A DNA stretch of 15,912 nucleotides. It comes from Octopus sinensis (taxonomy: Eukaryota). A model generated the notes under the pieces. The model was not told the origin of the DNA. It was given only the letters and a program-made list of their open reading frames with translations, and searched no databases. The stretch's first letter is position 1. Every line of letters starts with the position of its first letter. The DNA is taken from the NCBI RefSeq assembly GCF_006345805.1, contig NW_021825346.1, forward strand, positions 1-15,912. Reading direction: 5' to 3'. Both the position numbers and the translations under genes were made by a program. Shown here piece after piece: positions 9,900-15,912 of the stretch.

Positions 9900-10200
9900 G
9901 CAATCACCACTAGTGTTGATGTCAGAACAAAAAGTAACCCCTGTAAAGAGGTTGGCATTAGGAAGGGTGTCCAAGCCAAAAAAACCATGCCAAAGTAGAC
10001 AATGGTGCATGACAGCCCTCCAATTCGTCTGATCCTGTCAAACTGTCTAACCCTGCCAGCTTGGAAAATGAATATTAAATAATGATAATGATGGAAATGG
10101 TGATGAAGATAGTGGTGGGGTGATACTACTGCTGCTGCTGCTGCTGAAGGTGGTGATGGTAGTGATAATAATTGTGATGATGGTGACAGTGATGATGAAT
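9900..10200 (+). mobile_element. Degenerate SINE 3' half (GGTTGGCATTAGGAAGGG domain plus RTE-like tail) running into ATG/GGT/CTG low-complexity repeats
   Basis: 9950-9977 ggttggcattaggaagggtgtccaagcc and the tail ctaaccctgccagcttggaaaatgaatattaaa(tga)n match the reverse complement of 15084-15241. Confidence 0.7.
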
Positions 10201-10737
10201 ATCCTTGTGCCAATGTAATGAACTACCCCCGCCACACACAAAGTGTCGCCCTACCACCTGAGCAACTGAAAATTCACCTCCAATATCATTTAATTCTTAC
10301 TGGTTTATTCCACTTCACCATATATAGGTACCCCAAATGGTACATCTTATGGCTGTAAGCAGTGGAAGCAGTATGCAATTGTCGACTGTTCTACTGTACC
10401 TCAGTACTAAATCCACATCTACTCTTTTAATTAAAAAGAAAAATGTTAATAACCCATTGATAGCTACATCTGGTTAGGAGACAAGTCAATCGATAGAATC
10501 TATTTATCAAACTTTCGTAATATAAATATCATTGGTTGTTTGATTGATTGAGTGATTGACTGATTTGGAAGTGGGTGGGATGGAAAGTATTTAAAGTGTC
10601 TCCCCCATGAAACGTTGACAGAAATAGAGAATGTGAGGACAAACAACATCAACACCTTGACAAGAAACTGAAGCAAATCATAATCAGTGTTCAATCAGGT
10701 GAGTTATATTAATGATATTTCAAATCTATCATTTCAG

Positions 10738-10837
10738 ATAAGTTTGATCGACAATTACTCAGAGTATAAGTTCAGAACAAATGGTGAAAGCAAAATTCTG
10801 AATAATTTGGTGAAAGCATTTTCTCAAATAACAAAAG
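10738..10837 (+). CDS. Exon B2 (phase 0 to 1), C-terminal part of module 2: ISLIDNYSEYKFRTNGESKILNNLVKAFSQITK
   Basis: Acceptor tctatcatttcag| and donor G|gtatat, 100 nt open. EY.F aligns with EEYG of B1. Not in the ORF track. Confidence 0.78.
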
Positions 10838-11499
10838 GTATATGGTGTATGTGAAATTGTCGTATTTAAATACTGTTTTTTTTAAATGTTAGACATCAAC
10901 ATCAAGTATAATCAAACACACTCATACACATAGACACATTCATACACATACACATACTCGCATTAATACACACTCATACAGAGAGATACAGATGCATACA
11001 TATGCCCATACTTTCATCACATGTACACCAACATAAACCGGTTGGGTGGATAATGTAGTGAACAGTCAACCCAGGAGTATTTTCCAGAGGTGATTTTGTC
11101 AATGTCCAGGAATCAAATCTTCTGGACTTTTCAGTGGAGAACAATATGGAATGTTAAACATTATGGTTTGAGGTGATAGAATATTTAAAAGTCATAGTAG
11201 TGAGAAGTGTGGAGATGTCATTATTGGGAGAAAAAAAGGAGTTCTAGAACAAACTACCATGTTTAATTAAATGGAGAGATTGGTAAAAAAGCCAAACTCA
11301 TTATCTTCAATTTGGTTTTCAAGTCTCTCCTCATCTAAAGTCATAGATGTTGAATAATGATGTAAAGCAGGGGCAGACCAAAGGGAGTGCCTGAGAAGCA
11401 CTCAAGAAAAGATGTGCACCCTTCTAAATAATGTTATTATGCCCTTTTCTCCTGGAATAATATTCCCTTCTGACCTTGTGCCCTCCTTTTGAAAAATTT

Positions 11500-11785
11500 A
11501 ACCACTCCTGACTAAAAGAGTATGGCTGCAAATACAAGAGGCCAAAACGAAGTTCCTCCAAAGGATCTCTGGAAAAACTTAACAAAATGTGTAGTTCAGA
11601 GATTATGGAGTCTCTCCAGGTCAAGTCACTACTTTTTTACATTGAGAGGTCATGGCTCTGGTATGAAGGACATGAATGACATAGAACGACATAAGAAAGA
11701 CTCAAAGGACAGATACTTCAAGCCAAGCCATCCTGCAGGAGATCTAGCAGTAGACCAAAATTGAGATGACTGGATTATATCCCTT
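11500..11785 (+). mobile_element. RTE-clade LINE 3' ORF fragment, decayed
   Basis: TKRVWLQIQEAKTKFLQRISGKT*..SSEIMESLQVKSLLFYIERSWLWYEGH...QILQAKP...RPKLR.LDYI matches the RTE C-terminal pattern QAAEM.FLRR..G...RSS.IRE.L.VEPLL..IERSQLRW.GH...RP..RW.DY. Confidence 0.8.
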
Positions 11786-11854
11786 ATTATCTATTCAAGA
11801 AACGGTGTGTATGTGTGTGTAAATACACACACACACACACATTTTTGCATATTG

Positions 11855-11965
11855 TTAACATGAAGGACATCCAGCCATAGAAGATCTGCTTCAACAAATT
11901 CCATCTGCTCCATGCATGAATGGAAATATGGACGCCAAAATAATGATGCTGATGATGATGTTAGC
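11855..11965 (+). mobile_element. Truncated SINE 3' tail with (ATG)n end
   Basis: gaaggacatccagccatagaa...ccatgcatgaatggaaatatggacgccaaaa(tga)n, the same tail type as 9950-10090 and 15084-15241. Confidence 0.7.
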
Positions 11966-12177
11966 TGTCTGTTCATCATTTGATGTTGTCATCAGCTAGT
12001 TCTTGGGTGCAAGAATTTCTCCCAGACTGAATGGTTCCTCCAAATTGATGGCATCGATGACTGAGATAGGCAATCCTCACATGAAGCAGAATTGGACTTC
12101 TCCGATTAATAATAATGTTTGTGTTTCAGAGATATTTTTGTCAATCTTAAATTAAAATTTCTTTCTTTATTTTTTAG

Positions 12178-12219
12178 AGAAAATACATAATGATGAAACG
12201 AGTCCCTCCATGGAAACAG
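12178..12219 (+). CDS. 42-nt symmetric (phase 1-1) linker exon: EKIHNDETSPSMET
   Basis: Very strong acceptor tttctttctttattttttag| and donor CAG|gtaat. Open in the frame required by its neighbours. Confidence 0.62.
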
Positions 12220-12277
12220 GTAATGATATTTTATCATGTATCATCTCATAATTTTTGTTTATCAAGTTTTCATTTTG

Positions 12278-12392
12278 CAACCACACTGTTTCAAGTTCAG
12301 TCCCACTGCATAACACCTAGAGTAAGTGTCATTTACTATCGCCCTGGGCCAAAAAAAAACCTACTGTCTTGTGAGTGTATTAGGTTAGAGAC
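12278..12392 (+). mobile_element. Degenerate 5' fragment of the same SINE family as 8382-8786, in the opposite orientation
   Basis: aaccacactgtttcaagttcagtcccactgcataacacctagagtaagtgtc...cttgtgagtg aligns with the reverse complement of 8655-8750. Confidence 0.7.
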
Positions 12393-13457
12393 TTTGTAAT
12401 TATTCTCTGACTATCATTGGAATGGTTTCCACTTAATGTCAAATATTGAAAATCTTTGTCAGGTCATATCATGGTTTGATAGCTATGGAAACTGGCTAAT
12501 GCCTCTTAAATATGACTTTATGACTGGGGAGGGTCTTTTCTCAAAACTCAACTCTGTATTTGAGTGAAAGTTTAATAACTACACCAAGAATATCTAAACG
12601 AGTGTAACCGTTTATTATCACATTAGTGTTCAAATATTCTAACTTTGTTTTAATTATGATAATTCTGAAAATAATGAAAATTTCAGTAGAATAGATTTAT
12701 CCTTATTAAGCTGGTGTTTGACAGTTGAATAACTTCACCAAGAATTCTTGTATGAGGACAGGGAGTTAAGTGAGGTTAACAAACTTAATGAAGTGACTCA
12801 ACCACGCCAAAATATTTTTTATCAATTAACTCTTAATATCATATTGAAAAATGCCCAAGTCAAAAGCCCTGTCTTATGATTCTGTGAAAGAACAAAAGTG
12901 AATGATAGATGAGATAGAGTTTTCTCGCTTGCATTAGATATTTCCTCACTTCCTTCCATATGAATGTAAACAAGGTTTGTTTATTTCTTTATGACACAGG
13001 AAGTAAAGAATTAAAAATTACACTCTTTATAGAAAGAAAAATCATTAGTATTAATGATAATCAATGTCAAAAGGAATGAACACTACTTCAACATTCAAAC
13101 TATGTAAAAAAATTTAATTGTACCATGCAGCAGAGAGGATATGAGATCCAGTAAGAAAAGATATCACTATACTTCACTGAAGTAGTCTAATAAGACCAAA
13201 CCATATCTACACTTATTATTCTTACTTACCAATGACGAGACTCGTTTCCTACAGTATGTCCCCATTCGACATTTTTATTAATTTTTATCCTGGAATCGAC
13301 ACTTGATTTTGATGGTAATTGTCGCTAAGGCTAATTAATTTTCTTTTTAATTACATTAGTAATTTTGAAAGATGATAATATTTTACATTAAGTATATTAG
13401 CTGCTACTTAAGTATATATAAAATATTATTTGATTATCTTATTGTTTTCTTCTTTAG

Positions 13458-13525
13458 ATATTAGCCTCCTTGCAGTCATGATATTATTCTTGCTCAGCAT
13501 CAACATCATCCTCAGTATCAAGTAA
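13458..13525 (+). CDS. Probable terminal coding exon with hydrophobic anchor: DISLLAVMILFLLSINIILSIK-stop
   Basis: Acceptor ttattgttttcttctttag|AT, phase 1. Encodes 20 mostly hydrophobic residues, then AAG TAA (stop 13523-13525). Alternative donors (A|gtatc, AA|gtaac) cannot be excluded. Confidence 0.7.
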
Positions 13526-13682
13526 CTCATATATTATTAATCTTTTCTCTCATTTTGTTTCCTTTTTGTTAGTATATATGTATGTGTTAGTATATATGCA
13601 TGTGTGCATTTGTGTATATTAGTGCATATATGTGTGTGTATGTGTGTATATATGTATGTATATTTATATGTATATATAAAAT

Positions 13683-14336
13683 TAAATAATAAGGGTAGAA
13701 ATTGATATTAATCAATTAAAACCAATGGCTTAGCATATTTAAAAAATATGAAGATTAAAAATTGTGTTACATACAAAATTTAGAGGACTGACCTCTAAAG
13801 TGGACATCCTATATGCTAAACATAGACGTCAAATCACCATTACCACGAAGAATGTGTTCTCAAGAAAAATCTCAGCAAAAAACCAAAATGTAAAAATAAG
13901 CAAGACAAATGAAAATATACAAAATAAAAAAACGATTACCTATGTACCATTTTACGTATATGGACACGCAAATATCTGCAAGATCGTCAGCATAGTCTGT
14001 CATTTACAAAACATGATTTCCAGAACTAGATACAGAACACTCAACCGAAATCCAGCATGTATAAAGTTCTACAATTTATATTTAGCTGTATCTTTCAAAT
14101 GCCTTCACTTTGGCGCGTTGAGATTGGAAACTACTCTGCAGTTAATAAATTCCAGCAGCCAATTTACCAGTTGGATTTTTTAGATATGCTAAGCCACTGG
14201 TTTTAATTGATTAATATCAATTTCTAGCCTTATTATTAAATTTTAAATAAAAATGTCCTCTAACTTGTAAATTAGCTGCTGGAATTTATTAACTGCAGAG
14301 CAGTTTCATATTTTAGTGGTCAGTCCTCTAAATTTT
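13683..14336. mobile_element. Composite foldback element with three interleaved inverted-repeat pairs, flanked by (TA)n-rich tracts
   Basis: a 13683-13748 pairs with a' 14175-14240; b 13775-13800 with b' 14311-14336; c 14128-14174 with c' 14259-14306 (4 mismatches in 48). Confidence 0.8.
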
Positions 14337-14340
14337 ATAA

Positions 14341-14368
14341 ATATATATATATATAGTACACACACATA

Positions 14369-14401
<33 letters not shown>

Positions 14402-14599
14402 GTGGTACATTTATATATATATATATAGTGGTACATTTATATATTTGTTGTGCAAGATTTTTTATGTGAAGTCGTGTGTTGAAACAGATATTGTTATATT
14501 CCAGAATGGTCATTTTGCCAGTTTAGCCGAAATAAGATTAAGATTAATGTAAAAAATAAATAAAACTGAAGCAAAATAACACCAAATATATAGTGTGTG

Positions 14600-14650
<51 letters not shown>

Positions 14651-14745
14651 ATATATATATGTGTATATATATATAGTGCATATATATATATATATATATA
14701 CATGCATACATACATATATACATGCATACATACATATGTACATGT
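14341..14745. repeat. Compound (TA)n/(TACA)n microsatellite field interrupted by a ~140-nt AT-rich segment
   Basis: Direct reading. It generates the YI-repeat ORFs on both strands. Confidence 0.93.
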
Positions 14746-14749
14746 CTAG

Positions 14750-15057
14750 ATATGGTGATGATGGACTCTCCTGTCAAAGACAATGTAGGAGTGTCCAGCA
14801 TTTTGCCAAACAACCAGCACAAACGATTTGTTTTTCAGTGATCAAATGTATGTGCTGTACATTAACTCACTTCTTTAGTCAAGTCAACGCTGCCTGAACA
14901 GGTGCACTGTGCACCATGTGTCAGGTGTTGAAGTGCAGAGCAATGTGAGATGAAGTGTTTTGCTGGAGAGTATGATGCACCAACCAGTCTAGGAATTGAA
15001 ACCATGATCTCATGATCGTGAGTGCAACATCCTAACCTCTAGGCCATGTGTCTTCCC
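14750..15057 (-). mobile_element. Degenerate tRNA-derived SINE of a second family
   Basis: Minus strand ggaagacacaTGGCCTAGAGG (A box), ttaggatgttgcactcacgatc, GGTTTCAATTCC (B box), then gcaaaacacttcatctcacattgctc. The 3' boundary is approximate. Confidence 0.72.
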
Positions 15058-15082
15058 TGTATGTATGTATGTATATATATAT

Positions 15083-15331
15083 ATCATCATCATCATCATC
15101 ATCATCATCGTTTAACGTCCGTTTTCCGCGCTAGCACGGGTTGGACGGTTTCGACCGGGGTCTGGGGAGCTCGGGACTGCCCCAGGCTCCAGTCTAGTCT
15201 GGCAGTGTTTCTACAGCTGGATGCCCTTCCTAACGCCAACCACTCCGCGAGTGTAGTGGGTGTTTTTTACGTGCCACCTGCACAGGTGCCAGAGGGGTCT
15301 GGCATCGGCCACGTTCGGATGGTGCTTTTTA
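15083..15331 (-). mobile_element. Well-preserved SINE 3' half (GGTTGGCGTTAGGAAGGGCATCC domain, possibly Meta-type, with RTE-like tail and (ATG)n)
   Basis: (CAT)n at 15083-15109, then gtttaacgtccgttttcc..., ggatgcccttcctaacgccaacc at 15219-15241, and an internal ggtg.tttttacgtgccacc repeat. CpGs are retained, suggesting a young copy. Confidence 0.8.
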
Positions 15332-15912
15332 TGGGGGGGTGCAGAAATATAGGGGAGCACAGTGGGAGGGGTGGTTCAGAGGACAGGTACTAGTCAAGTA
15401 GAACGTAGGATATCGAGAGAGGGGTAATGCATGGTGAAATAGCGTATTGAAGAGGGGGGTTCAAAGAGTAGACACCTATAATGGTGGTGGGGGTGCAGAA
15501 ATATAGGGGAGCAGCGTATTGAAGAGGGGGGTTCAAAGAGTAGACACTATAATGGTGGTGGGGGTGCAGAAATATAGGGGAGCACCAGTGGGAGGGGTGG
15601 GCACCAGTGGGAGGGGTGGTTCAGAGGACAGGTTCTAGGCAAGTAGAACGTAGGATATCGAGAGAGGGGTAATGCATGGTGAAATAGCGTATTGAAGAGG
15701 GGGGTTCAAAGAGTAGACACCTATAATGGTGGTGGGGGGGTGCAGAAATATAGGGGAGCACCAGTGGGAGGGGTGAGCACCAGTGGGAGGGGTGGTCCAG
15801 AGGACAGGTTCTAGGCAAGTAGAACGTAGGATATCGAGAGAGGGGTAATGCATGGTGAAATAGCGTATTGAAGAGGGGGTTCAAAGAGTAGGACACCTAT
15901 AATGGTGGTGGG
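15331..15912. repeat. ~176-bp G/A-rich tandem repeat with an internal 19-bp duplication, running off the right edge
   Basis: gtagaacgtaggatatcgagaga recurs at 15398, 15643 and 15819 (spacings 245 and 176). The first interval includes a ~70-nt partial duplication. gcaccagtgggaggggtg is doubled within units. Confidence 0.95.

Noticed and set aside
8557-10241. ORFs with TH, YI, H-rich or S-rich runs (8557-8821, 9082-9297, 9543-9875, 9795-10241)
   Set aside because: They are translations of SINEs, microsatellites and low-complexity DNA.
10600-10704. Strong donor CAG|GTGAGT at 10699 suggesting another exon
   Set aside because: It would leave a 39-nt intron before the 10738 acceptor, and all three frames hit stops within about 90 nt with no good acceptor.
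11522-11764. 80-aa ORF as a small gene
   Set aside because: It is the wrong frame of a decayed RTE LINE fragment.
12600-12780. Possible degenerate piggyBac-like MITE (taaccgtt...gaggttaa)
   Set aside because: It resembles an octopus repeat only from memory, and the termini are too decayed to support from this sequence.
13764-14183. 139-aa ORF inside the foldback element
   Set aside because: Non-ATG start, AT-driven K/N/I composition and no transposase or other motif.
14328-14897. Overlapping YIYI ORFs on both strands
   Set aside because: (TA)n contains no stop codon, so these are artefacts.
8700-15057. tRNA genes at the A/B-box sites (8700-8786, 14990-15057)
   Set aside because: No complete cloverleaf, and each continues into a SINE body.
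15331-15912. CRISPR array or repeat-protein gene (minus-strand ORFs 15621-15896, 15635-15853)
   Set aside because: There are no unique spacers, the context is eukaryotic, and indels between units shift frames.

Overview
AT-rich, microsatellite-laden animal genomic DNA. The SINE and repeat content looks like octopus (coleoid cephalopod); this is my recognition of the repeats, not a search result. The ORF track is mostly spurious. Reading splice sites by hand gives seven phase-compatible GT-AG exons on the + strand (1995-2080, 2258-2490, 5555-5648, 9280-9506, 10738-10837, 12178-12219, 13458-13525). They join into one open frame of about 282 aa, the 3' part of a gene whose start lies outside the window. 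It encodes two 109-aa (327-nt) phase 1-1 modules resembling divergent lipase-type PLAT/LH2 beta-sandwiches, a short linker, and a C-terminal 20-aa hydrophobic segment (TM or GPI signal). The introns and flanks hold a Penelope-like (probably Naiad-type) retroelement with a 5' inversion, a near-identical decoy copy of one splice acceptor, a decayed DD46D rosa/Visitor-like mariner with ~255-bp inverted repeats overlapping its ORF, three foldback or palindromic elements, an RTE LINE fragment and several SINEs. The window starts in a 13-bp minisatellite with higher-order structure and ends in a G-rich ~176-bp tandem repeat.
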